Shown here one piece after another: positions 10,239 through 18,732 of a stretch of 64,000 bases of DNA (position 1 is its first letter; the number at the start of each line of letters is the position of its first letter). Below the pieces are notes generated by a model that saw only the letters and a list, made by a program, of their open reading frames with translations, did not search any database and was not told where the DNA came from. Origin of the DNA: a virus. The DNA lies in IMG/VR virus record IMGVR_UViG_3300031669_005140; one strand, given 5' to 3'. Position numbers and translations under genes: made by a program.

Positions 10239-10312
10239 TTCGTATAATGAAATAACTTTTGTCTTATATCGCTGTCGTTGTAGTTAACCAGACTGCCGAC
10301 AGCGAATTTTTT
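10239..10312 (+). repeat. 74-bp block, copy 2
   Basis: Identical to 9093-9166. Confidence 0.85.
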
Positions 10313-10430
10313 TATTTAGTGTAACAAATTCTAATTTTTTTCGTATATTTGTATATCTATTTGTATTATTATTCTAATCGTTGTTGTGGCGTTATGAACC
10401 ACAGCAACGATTTCTTAACACAATTTTATT

Positions 10431-10640
10431 ATGGATATCGAAAGCGAACCCGAATTATCAGAATCTTTAATTGGAAAAAAGGTTAAAATGCTGGATAAGG
10501 AAGGCATTATAGTAATGACTGAAGGACTTAATGTTTATATTCATAAAGATTTTGAACTAGCAAGTAAATCACCTTGGATAACGCATAAATATGTTTATAC
10601 AATATGTGTTAGAATTGAGGATGTGGTTTTTATTGACTAG
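10431..10640 (+). CDS. hypothetical protein
   Basis: ORF track. Confidence 0.7.
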   Translation: MDIESEPELSESLIGKKVKMLDKEGIIVMTEGLNVYIHKDFELASKSPWITHKYVYTICVRIEDVVFID

Positions 10641-10686
10641 TGTAACATTATCCAATACTTTTCGTATAATATAAAAAACATAAGCC

Positions 10687-11076
10687 ATGAGAATTGAAAA
10701 TTCTAAGATAACGCTACGAATTGATTCAGATCAAACAGTAATTGAAATTTTTGATTCTGATGCGTCAACCACAATTGCAAAAGCAATATTAACACCACAG
10801 CAACTATCACAGGTATTGTCTAGGCTTGCCTATGTTGATTGTGAATGTATGGTGGGTGACTTTTCCAGAATTGGTAAGAAAATGGAAAATCAAACGTTTG
10901 AATTTGAAATAACTGGTTCAAAATCGAGCATTGATTTGAATAATGATTGCATTGATGCTTTGTTTCGTGAAGGCATGTCTGACTGGATACCAGATAACTA
11001 CTATCAATCACAGAATTCGTTTTTTAATAAAGACGACAAGCAGTATGCAAGGGTAACAATACGTAGATGGGTTTAA
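10687..11076 (+). CDS. hypothetical protein
   Basis: ORF track; after promoter 10641. Confidence 0.8.
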   Translation: MRIENSKITLRIDSDQTVIEIFDSDASTTIAKAILTPQQLSQVLSRLAYVDCECMVGDFSRIGKKMENQTFEFEITGSKSSIDLNNDCIDALFREGMSDWIPDNYYQSQNSFFNKDDKQYARVTIRRWV

Positions 11077-11091
11077 TTAAAAACTACAGTT

Positions 11092-11280
11092 ATGGCAACG
11101 TTAAGACAATTTATTGCAGAAATTGGCAATACTAAAGAGGAATTGCTTGATAAGGAAATTTTTGTTCGTGCAGAAAACGGATTATTGGTTGAACCAAAAT
11201 TACAATTCCTAGTTAAAGAATTAAGCAATTTTGACTTAGATGCAGATAACGTTGAAAAAATTATTATTGGTTATTTTTAG
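11092..11280 (+). CDS. hypothetical protein
   Basis: ORF track. Confidence 0.65.
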   Translation: MATLRQFIAEIGNTKEELLDKEIFVRAENGLLVEPKLQFLVKELSNFDLDADNVEKIIIGYF

Positions 11281-11319
11281 CGTAACCCTTTTAATTAAGA
11301 TACGTATAATAAGCATAAC

Positions 11320-11495
11320 CAAGTTGGATGCAAAAGCCAAATTTGACGTGTGGATTCTTGTTTTAACCTGCGGACTAATTGAGCAATAGACAAACGAGGA
11401 ATGTAACGAATTAAGAAATGAACGTGGTCTTGGTCTGTTTCCATTACCTCAATATCAAAATCAGAACCATCAGCAATAGATTGAAAAATTTTCAA
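11320..11495 (-). pseudogene. tnpA: internal fragment of an IS200/IS605-family Y1 transposase
   Basis: FDIEVMETDQDHVHFLIRYIPRLSIAQLVRRLKQESTRQIW carries the HUH motif and downstream helix of IS200 TnpA; both ends are missing. Confidence 0.85.
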
Positions 11496-11506
11496 ATTAC
11501 AACAAA

Positions 11507-11722
11507 ATGAAAAACGAAGCAGAAGAGATTGATAACCAACAAGGCAATGGAGTTTTACCGTGTGTTAGCGTGAGTGATGTTCATTCATTTTTAGAATGGT
11601 TAAATAATCAACAACATGATTATATGGGTGGTGAATTTCTATATGATGTGAAAGGATATTACAAACGCTTAAAACAAGGTGAAATGTTTGATTATTGGTT
11701 AGAACGTGTTCATTCACGCTAA
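11507..11722 (+). CDS. cassette-borne hypothetical protein
   Basis: ORF track; stop lies in the TAAC box. Confidence 0.7.
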   Translation: MKNEAEEIDNQQGNGVLPCVSVSDVHSFLEWLNNQQHDYMGGEFLYDVKGYYKRLKQGEMFDYWLERVHSR

Positions 11723-12046
11723 CGGCTGCGGGTTTGTTGTGAAATTTTACGAGTAAATAACTAATAATTTACGATAATGGAAAACTTAAAATATGAAATA
11801 AAAGAGGTGCTTGAGAGCTCAATGATTAAAAGCGAGGTTGCTACAAATTGTGTGCTGCTAACCAAAAGCGTTAATGAAATTGCAGAAGAAATAGTAAAAT
11901 TATGCAATAAACCCGCTGTTAGCAAACGTTTAATCCTCGAAAACTTACTTGAAAGGATGCAAGCAGTTTATCCAGAATATTACTTAGAAATAATACAAGA
12001 TGAGTTAGATGGATTAAATGGATGCTAACTCGTTTATATGTGCACC
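11543..12046 (+). mobile_element. integron-like cassette array 2 (2 cassettes; first site lacks its left arm)
   Basis: Junctions GTTAGCGTGAGTG 11564 / CATTCACGCTAAC 11711-11723 and GTTAGCA 11918 / TGCTAAC 12023-12029; terminal motif 12026-12046. Confidence 0.8.
11777..12028 (+). CDS. cassette-borne hypothetical protein
   Basis: ORF track; start in the hairpin loop, stop in the terminal TAAC box. Confidence 0.7.
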   Translation: MENLKYEIKEVLESSMIKSEVATNCVLLTKSVNEIAEEIVKLCNKPAVSKRLILENLLERMQAVYPEYYLEIIQDELDGLNGC

Positions 12047-12161
12047 TTTACCAAATGTTAACTATCACGTTATCAATTAATAGGCATATTGAAATGATAA
12101 TAGTGTAACAATTTTAAATAAAACTCGTATCATAAGTATAACCAACACAAACACACACACA

Positions 12162-12452
12162 ATGGCAAATTTCTGGTCAATTAAGGAAGAAGAGATTTTA
12201 GCAAGTCTCGTTAGCAGTTCAGCAGATGCGTACGAAGCATTTAGAATTGCATCAAAACAGTTTAACAGAACCTATGTTGCATGTCAAGCACACTGGTCGT
12301 TCATGCTGAAGCGAACAAAAAGAAAGGGTGTAATGATTGTTTGCTATCGTAAGATAATTGCAGACGGCCTCAGCAAAAAAATGATAACGGCCTACAAGTC
12401 AAAAAAACCCACTGGACTTGGAAGTAAAATGGTTCAACTTGCTTTCGGTTAA
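12162..12452 (+). CDS. hypothetical protein (possible Myb/HTH-like N-terminus)
   Basis: WSIKEEEILASLV...IASKQFNRTYVACQAHW resembles a Myb-like helix pattern; after promoter 12104. Confidence 0.6.
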   Translation: MANFWSIKEEEILASLVSSSADAYEAFRIASKQFNRTYVACQAHWSFMLKRTKRKGVMIVCYRKIIADGLSKKMITAYKSKKPTGLGSKMVQLAFG

Positions 12453-12554
12453 AACCTAACAATTAAAATGAAAATCCTGTAAGAAATTACAGGATTTTTT
12501 TGTAACAATACTATTCTAATTTCGTATAATAAGTATAACCAATAAGTATTCAAA

Positions 12555-12815
12555 ATGAAAATACTTGAATTAGATGGACTTATGTACTCTAGGGATAGTT
12601 TTGAAAACTATAGATTTAGAGCCAAGGTAATGATTGAAACATCAAATGACACATTTTTCTTGGACGTGTATACAACAGATACGAATAGAGAAAATGTTGA
12701 AAAGGTGCTGCTGGATAGAAAATCGATTATTGTTAAATCTTTAGCAATTATTTACTGGTCGTCAAAGGAGCAAGATGATGCTACAACAGAATTTATCAAT
12801 GATACTCTAAAATAG
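12555..12815 (+). CDS. hypothetical protein
   Basis: ORF track; after terminator 12471-12500 and promoter 12501. Confidence 0.75.
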   Translation: MKILELDGLMYSRDSFENYRFRAKVMIETSNDTFFLDVYTTDTNRENVEKVLLDRKSIIVKSLAIIYWSSKEQDDATTEFINDTLK

Positions 12816-12818
12816 GAA

Positions 12819-13007
12819 TTGACGATGAAAAACAAATACGATTTACTTGCTGAGATTTCAATTGCAATTTTTCTTTTTGTAATATTTGCTTGTGTAATAA
12901 CAATTACCGTAGCACTAACTCACCAAGATCAATCCGCTTTAGTAATTTTAGGCAGTATTTCATTGGGCGCATATATTGCATTCAGAATAATGAGATATGT
13001 TGAATGA
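12819..13007 (+). CDS. small membrane protein (2 TM)
   Basis: Two hydrophobic stretches; terminator 13041-13070 follows. Confidence 0.7.
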   Translation: MTMKNKYDLLAEISIAIFLFVIFACVITITVALTHQDQSALVILGSISLGAYIAFRIMRYVE

Positions 13008-13166
13008 AAAATAATATTTGGTTGTTGTTTGGTTTGCTTTTACCCCCTGCTGGTTACAGGGGGTTTTTTATTTTAAATTAGTGTAACAAATTTGAAAATT
13101 AAACGTATAATATAATTGAAATACTATAGCAATGTTTTATATTTGTTGTTATAAACAGTTTTTATT

Positions 13167-13379
13167 ATGATGATAATTTCGCAGGGAGCAACTGCTCAAT
13201 ATAATGAAAGTGGTGAAGAAGTATCTTACTGGTGCTATAAAAGAGGTGCGTGGATTACTCACAAAAGATATGAGCAGTTTTATCCATTTACCACTGAACT
13301 GCCACAACCGTATAAAAACAAACAACACCATCAAGAATCAAATCCAAAATGGCAAAATGAAAGGAAGATGTTTCTTTAA
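13167..13379 (+). CDS. cassette-borne hypothetical protein
   Basis: ORF track. Confidence 0.55.
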   Translation: MMIISQGATAQYNESGEEVSYWCYKRGAWITHKRYEQFYPFTTELPQPYKNKQHHQESNPKWQNERKMFL

Positions 13380-13504
13380 TATGTTTGCTAACGTTTTGTG
13401 TATGAGCAGTGGCACTTGTACACACTTTCAAATTAGCTACACCGCTTGTGTGCCATTGCTTATACACGGTGTTAGGCACAGGTTTTTAATTAATAATTCA
13501 AAAT

Positions 13505-13951
13505 ATGAGAAAAATACACATAAACAACGATGACAATTACGCTACACCACCCGAATTTTATAAGGCATTGGATAAGCGTTTTAAATTTGATTTTGACCCA
13601 TGCCCATATTGCGAGGGCGAAGTTATTGATGGGTTAAGCATTGAATGGGGAAGCTCAAACTTTATAAACCCGCCTTACAGCCAAAAACTAAAGGAAGAGT
13701 TTGTAAAGAAAGGAATTGAAGAAATGCAAAAAGGGAAAGTTTGTGTTTTTTTGATACCTGTAAGCACTTCGACAAAACTATTTCATAAATACATTAAGCC
13801 AAATGCAACCGAAATAGAATTTATTGAAGGCAGAATAAAGTTTGGGAAACTGGATGAAAAAGGCAACTTTTATTTACCATTAAACGCAAAAGGTAAAACC
13901 CAAAGCGGAACAAAAGATAGTATGGTAGTAGTTTTCGATGGGCGATCTTAA
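13505..13951 (+). CDS. phage Dam-like DNA N6-adenine methyltransferase (cassette-borne)
   Basis: YATPPEF...FDFDPC...FINPPYS...VFLIPVST...IEFIEGRIKF pattern of small phage N6-MTases. Confidence 0.85.
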   Translation: MRKIHINNDDNYATPPEFYKALDKRFKFDFDPCPYCEGEVIDGLSIEWGSSNFINPPYSQKLKEEFVKKGIEEMQKGKVCVFLIPVSTSTKLFHKYIKPNATEIEFIEGRIKFGKLDEKGNFYLPLNAKGKTQSGTKDSMVVVFDGRS

Positions 13952-14068
13952 ACTTGTGCCTAACGGTCGAGGCTATGAACTGAAAGCCGACACCACAAAA
14001 GATAATTAATAGTAATAACCTTAATAAAGGCTTTTTGTTTATAGCCTTTGTTAGCAACTTTTAAAATT

Positions 14069-14215
14069 ATGGAACGATTAGCAGATAAGACAGTAGAAGA
14101 ATTGAAACAAATTAGAGAAGATTATGTTAAAAAGTACATTGGTGACTTTGATAAACCAATAGATTATGCACGAACTTTATTACACTTGGATAGGTTAATA
14201 ATGGCGAAAGGGTAA
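14069..14215 (+). CDS. cassette-borne 48-aa protein
   Basis: Read manually (MERLADKTVEELKQIRE...); fills the cassette between GTTAGCAAC and GTTGCTAAC. Confidence 0.6.
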   Translation: MERLADKTVEELKQIREDYVKKYIGDFDKPIDYARTLLHLDRLIMAKG

Positions 14216-14290
14216 TAATTTTTATTGTTGCTAACGGTTGCAGGTATATTTTGATTTTTTACGGATTTGAAACACTAAAACTAAATAACA

Positions 14291-14524
14291 ATGATTAGAA
14301 CACCAGAAGAACAACATTTGCACGAACTTATAGAAAGTTACGTTGCTCCATTGCGAAGTGAAATAAAAGAACTACGCAAAGAATTAGCAGAACAGCAAGT
14401 AAAAAATTTGAATATACCTGCTGTTATGGGTGAGTTAACTTGCGATAGTTGCGGTTGCCATCCAAATGTGATATACACAACAGGTAAGGGTAGATTTTGC
14501 GAAAGGTGTATACCAGCAAGTTAA
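14291..14524 (+). CDS. cassette-borne coiled-coil plus Zn-finger protein
   Basis: CDSC...CERC after the junction at 14423. Confidence 0.7.
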   Translation: MIRTPEEQHLHELIESYVAPLRSEIKELRKELAEQQVKNLNIPAVMGELTCDSCGCHPNVIYTTGKGRFCERCIPAS

Positions 14525-14795
14525 TTACCCATAACTCGTTTATATGTGCACCTATTTACTAGGTAAGCATCTGATAATCATTAAATAAATTAGTAATGAC
14601 TATAATCAAAATGTAACAATTCTGGTTATATTTCGTATAATAGGTATAGGCTGGGTAAAACTAGGGTGCAGTAATCCATACCTGCCTTATATTCTGATTA
14701 TTTAGAATCTATTTAGATAATCGTTTTATTTAAAATATTGTAACCTTTTTAATTAAGATACGTATAATAAGTATTATTAACTAACAACAACTATT

Positions 14796-15674
14796 ATGAA
14801 AGCAAAAGTAGGAACAACACTTTGCAGCCTGAATGACCTTACATTTCCTGTTGAATTGCGTGATAACGAGCGCAAAACCAATAGAGAATATTCAAAGGTA
14901 GTTACAGGTGTTATTGATGGTGAAGAAATAGATTTGAACTATTGCTCACCTGTTTATGAACTTGTGCCAAATGCAGATATTTTTCCAAAGGTTGAGCAAA
15001 TTTTCAACCAAAACGGTATTGCATTTAGTTCACAGTACTCGCATACAAACAACGCTCGTTTTTACGGTAATTTTATCGTTGAAGACCCACGTTTTGCCTA
15101 CAAAATGGATGGCACTTCAGATGTGATTAAGTTCATTTGGAACTTTCAGCATTCCTACAATGGCCTGACTAAGTATAAGGGTATTGCTGGTTTTTACCGC
15201 TTGGTTTGCACCAATGGCTTAACCGTACCAGTTCAGGAAATGAAGCAGTACAATCTTGTAATTGAGGGCAAGCATACCAGCACGATAATTCACTCGCTTA
15301 AGGAATTTGGTGCAATACTCGAAAGAGTTGCAAACAATCTTGACGTGGTAAAAACCTCAATTACTGATAAGTATGAACTGCTTGGTGGTCGCATGGTTAC
15401 TAAGGTTGAGGACAGAATTATTGAGGTATTGGGTGCTAGTAAAATAATCGTTGTTGAGAACTCAAAATTCAATACCGTTAACGATATTCTTAACAGGATT
15501 AACAAAGAAGCAAAAGACAGTTCTTTGGGGTATAACGGTAGGGTAAACGACTGGTTAATTTACAACGGTATTAACCAGTACATTCACGATGATCAGCGCA
15601 ATATTGCAGCACCTGAAAAGCGCAGGGAAACCGATTCAAAGGTGCTTGAGTATATGCTAGAGTTTTCTGCATAA
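14796..15674 (+). CDS. DUF932-family protein
   Basis: HSYNG...GFYRLVCTNGL motif typical of DUF932 phage/plasmid proteins. Confidence 0.75.
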   Translation: MKAKVGTTLCSLNDLTFPVELRDNERKTNREYSKVVTGVIDGEEIDLNYCSPVYELVPNADIFPKVEQIFNQNGIAFSSQYSHTNNARFYGNFIVEDPRFAYKMDGTSDVIKFIWNFQHSYNGLTKYKGIAGFYRLVCTNGLTVPVQEMKQYNLVIEGKHTSTIIHSLKEFGAILERVANNLDVVKTSITDKYELLGGRMVTKVEDRIIEVLGASKIIVVENSKFNTVNDILNRINKEAKDSSLGYNGRVNDWLIYNGINQYIHDDQRNIAAPEKRRETDSKVLEYMLEFSA

Positions 15675-15758
15675 TATTAAATAATGACAACCCTAAGATG
15701 TAACATTCTTAGGGTTGTTTTCGTATAATAGGTATAAACCAACACAAACACAACTACC

Positions 15759-16088
15759 ATGAACGAAATGACAATTGAACGCATAACAGAACTGCAAGCC
15801 GATTATGGCTTGACAAAAGCACAGCAAATGCTAAATTCTGGTCAACTTTGGAAATTTGAGGGTTCTATTGGTCGTACAACAATGGATATGCTTGAAGCAG
15901 GTATTTTAGTATTGCCCGAAGAACGTACTGACGATTACTATGGTAATACTATTCCAGCAAGAACCGAATTAAAAGAAGGAACCAAGGGAACATTAGGAAA
16001 CTCTGAGAGGTTTTGGAAACTCGTTGAAAACGGTGATGACGGCGCACAGGAATTCGTTGACCAATACAGAGACTTTATGAACATTTGA
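15759..16088 (+). CDS. phage hypothetical protein
   Basis: ORF track; after promoter 15699. Confidence 0.8.
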   Translation: MNEMTIERITELQADYGLTKAQQMLNSGQLWKFEGSIGRTTMDMLEAGILVLPEERTDDYYGNTIPARTELKEGTKGTLGNSERFWKLVENGDDGAQEFVDQYRDFMNI

Positions 16089-16115
16089 TGTGTTTTAATT
16101 AAAAATAATGTAACA

Positions 16116-16379
16116 TTGTTCTATTGTTTTCGTATATATAGATATAAACCAAACACAACGACAATGAAAACTTACTACTATAAACTAAGAGTTCGCTACA
16201 TAGGTGGGTTCTACTTTGTTGGAGTAATGATTTTAGCATGTATCACTCCAACTGACAATAAAATTCTGTTACATGCCGTCGAATCGAATGTTATTGATTG
16301 CGATGATGCAATGTTAACTGACCAGATAATTTCAATTGATGACAATGAATATCAAGTTTTAATTAAAAATAATTTGTAA
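16116..16379 (+). CDS. hypothetical protein (probable start 16164)
   Basis: ORF track. Confidence 0.65.
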   Translation: MFYCFRIYRYKPNTTTMKTYYYKLRVRYIGGFYFVGVMILACITPTDNKILLHAVESNVIDCDDAMLTDQIISIDDNEYQVLIKNNL

Positions 16380-16426
16380 CATTGTTCATTAACTTTCGTA
16401 TAATTACAAACTAAGATTACAATACT

Positions 16427-16690
16427 ATGGGAAAAATCACAACACCTGAAGAAATGCTTCAAAATACTTCAGAGAAAATTGATAAAGCAATTGAGAGGTT
16501 TGAAAAAACACTTAGTTGTAAGCCAAAAAATCAATTTCATTATGCTGTAATAATTTTTGGTACATGTGAGCCAATGATATGTGAAGGCGTTAAAAATGCA
16601 TATACAAAGGCTGGTTGGATTGATGTTAATTGCTACCAGCAGTCACCAAGTAAAGTTTTACTTACTCTGAAAAGTCCACATCTTTTGTAA
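16427..16690 (+). CDS. hypothetical protein
   Basis: ORF track. Confidence 0.7.
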   Translation: MGKITTPEEMLQNTSEKIDKAIERFEKTLSCKPKNQFHYAVIIFGTCEPMICEGVKNAYTKAGWIDVNCYQQSPSKVLLTLKSPHLL

Positions 16691-16743
16691 CATTGTTCAC
16701 TAATTTTCGTATAACAAGTATTAACTAACAAATCATAAAAACA

Positions 16744-17457
16744 ATGAAAATTACAACAGATTATCTTCTGGCAATTAATGCTTGTGATGAAGCAATTGCT
16801 ATCTTTAATAATACAACAGAACTTCATTCTGTTGATATTACCAACCCATCTGAAATTATTACGGGTGATGAATCACTATTTAGTCATATTGACTGGCTGG
16901 TTAATAAATTAAAAGGTAAATTACCTGTTAGTAAGTTAACTTTTAAGAATTCAAGTGGTTATACTGTGGAGTATACCTATGATGAAAAAGGTAATAGGTT
17001 AACAACTAAGAATTCTAATGGTTATTCAGAAGAATCTACCTATGATGAAAAAGGAAATAAGTTAACTTATATGGATTCAACTGGTTATTCAGAAGAGTAT
17101 ACCTATGATGAAAAAGGAAATATGTTAACCTATAAGAATTCTGATGGTAATTCATATGAGTATACCTATGATGAAAAAGGAAATAGGTTAACTTATATGG
17201 ATTCAAATGGTAATACTAAAGAGTATACCTATGATGAAAAAGGTAATATGTTAACTTTTAAGAATTCAACAGGTTATTCAGAAGAGAGAACCTATGATGA
17301 AAGAGGAAAGGTATTAACTTATAAGGATTCAAGTGGTTATACATATGAGTATACCTATGATGAAAAAGGGAATGAGTTAACTTATAAGAATTCAAATGGT
17401 AATATTACCGATTATACACAAATGAAGTATGATTTAACTAATTTTGAGATAAAGTAG
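16744..17457 (+). CDS. YD-like 21-aa repeat protein, paralog 1 (7 repeats)
   Basis: N-domain MKITTDYL..., units xLTYKxSxGxxxEYTYDEKGN, C-tail MKYDLTNFEIK. Confidence 0.9.
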   Translation: MKITTDYLLAINACDEAIAIFNNTTELHSVDITNPSEIITGDESLFSHIDWLVNKLKGKLPVSKLTFKNSSGYTVEYTYDEKGNRLTTKNSNGYSEESTYDEKGNKLTYMDSTGYSEEYTYDEKGNMLTYKNSDGNSYEYTYDEKGNRLTYMDSNGNTKEYTYDEKGNMLTFKNSTGYSEERTYDERGKVLTYKDSSGYTYEYTYDEKGNELTYKNSNGNITDYTQMKYDLTNFEIK

Positions 17458-17524
17458 TTTGTAACATTGTTCACTAATTTTCGTATAACAAGTATTAACT
17501 AACAAACCATAAAACATTTTAACT

Positions 17525-17749
17525 ATGTTAACAATTTCTTTTGAGTCAGGAAGAGTTCGTGATTGGCATGTTGGTGAAAAATCACCTGTTGAATATGGTG
17601 AAGTAAGTTTTGTTGAAGAAATTCAAATTGATGGTGATGAACTTGAACATGTGAAAAATATCTTTCCCAATTCAGGATTTATACCCAATATTCAAGTTGT
17701 TAGAATTTTTGGTGATATGGCCAAATTAATCATTGCAAACATTTTTTAA
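17525..17749 (+). CDS. hypothetical protein
   Basis: ORF track; after promoter 17460. Confidence 0.7.
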   Translation: MLTISFESGRVRDWHVGEKSPVEYGEVSFVEEIQIDGDELEHVKNIFPNSGFIPNIQVVRIFGDMAKLIIANIF

Positions 17750-17758
17750 AATACTGTC

Positions 17759-18085
17759 ATGGATTTAAAAGCATTCAAATTTCCAAAACTAACCCCTGTT
17801 GACATGGCGATTTCTACGCTTGAAACAGATAAAAAGTTGTTGGCTGAAGCAACTGAAAGGGGTTTTTATAATGGCAATACGCCCTATAATGACTTATTTA
17901 GCCAAGCATTCTTTAGTGGTGGACAAGTTGTGTTCAAAGAAGGTCTTGATGACGAATTTAAGCAGGATGCTTGGAATTACTGTAGGGCATTAATGCGTAG
18001 TTTTCAACCTAAGCATGAAGAAAAGGAAGCAGTTTGCGCAATGTTAATGAGTGAATTGCTTGAACCTAAAATGGCTGGTGAGTAA
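17759..18085 (+). CDS. phage hypothetical protein
   Basis: ORF track. Confidence 0.75.
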   Translation: MDLKAFKFPKLTPVDMAISTLETDKKLLAEATERGFYNGNTPYNDLFSQAFFSGGQVVFKEGLDDEFKQDAWNYCRALMRSFQPKHEEKEAVCAMLMSELLEPKMAGE

Positions 18086-18224
18086 TGTACACTAAATTAA
18101 TCAGAATGAAAAGACTATTTTAATCGTGAGAAATTAAAACAATTACTAACCTAGATTGTAACATATCTAGGTTTTTTTCGTATAATGTACTACAACTAAT
18201 ATCTAATACTTTAAACTAATCAAA

Positions 18225-18464
18225 ATGAAAAAATTTATTATTGCTCAACTTATTATTTACATTGTCGGATTACTGATTTGGTTTTTCAGCATTGTACTAC
18301 CAATTGGAAAACTAATCTTTACTCACATTCAAGATGTGGTAAATAAGCATGTTAATCTTGACATGTTCTACATTGGTAAAGAAATCCTATACCTCATTGG
18401 TTGGAGCATTCTTTTAAGCATATGTATGTTTATAATACAGATAATCGTATTGCCAAAATCTTAA
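18225..18464 (+). CDS. small membrane protein
   Basis: Two hydrophobic segments. Confidence 0.7.
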   Translation: MKKFIIAQLIIYIVGLLIWFFSIVLPIGKLIFTHIQDVVNKHVNLDMFYIGKEILYLIGWSILLSICMFIIQIIVLPKS

Positions 18465-18679
18465 CTAAAAAACACTTTGCTATGAATAAATTTTTGTTTA
18501 TCTTTACATTCATTTTTGGTGTTATTTCTTTAACGACATACACCAAGGTATTTGATAGAAACATTGCTGGATTTTTTGACACGCTATGGCCAACAGATAC
18601 AACACCACTTTTGAAATGGCTTGACCTAATAATTTTTGTGCTATCGTTAGCATATCAAATTAATTACTGGTTACTGTAA
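18401..18679 (+). CDS. small membrane protein (probable start 18482)
   Basis: Hydrophobic segments after MNKFLFIFTFIFG. Confidence 0.6.
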   Translation: MEHSFKHMYVYNTDNRIAKILTKKHFAMNKFLFIFTFIFGVISLTTYTKVFDRNIAGFFDTLWPTDTTPLLKWLDLIIFVLSLAYQINYWLL

Positions 18680-18732
18680 CAAATTAATTATTCTTACGTA
18701 TAATAAGTATAACAACGTTCTTTGAAGATATT

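Larger units (their letters stand above)
13128..14552 (+). mobile_element. integron-like cassette array 3 (4 cassettes, 3 attC-like hairpins)
   Basis: Start motif 13128-13156 (28/29 identical to 6877-6905); hairpins 13387-13485, 13950-14058, 14227-14439; terminal motif 14532-14552. Confidence 0.82.

Noticed and set aside
13204-13533. 109-aa ORF across cassette site 13387-13485
   Set aside because: It overlaps 13167..13379 and the methyltransferase start, and reads through the hairpin. It is probably a shadow frame.
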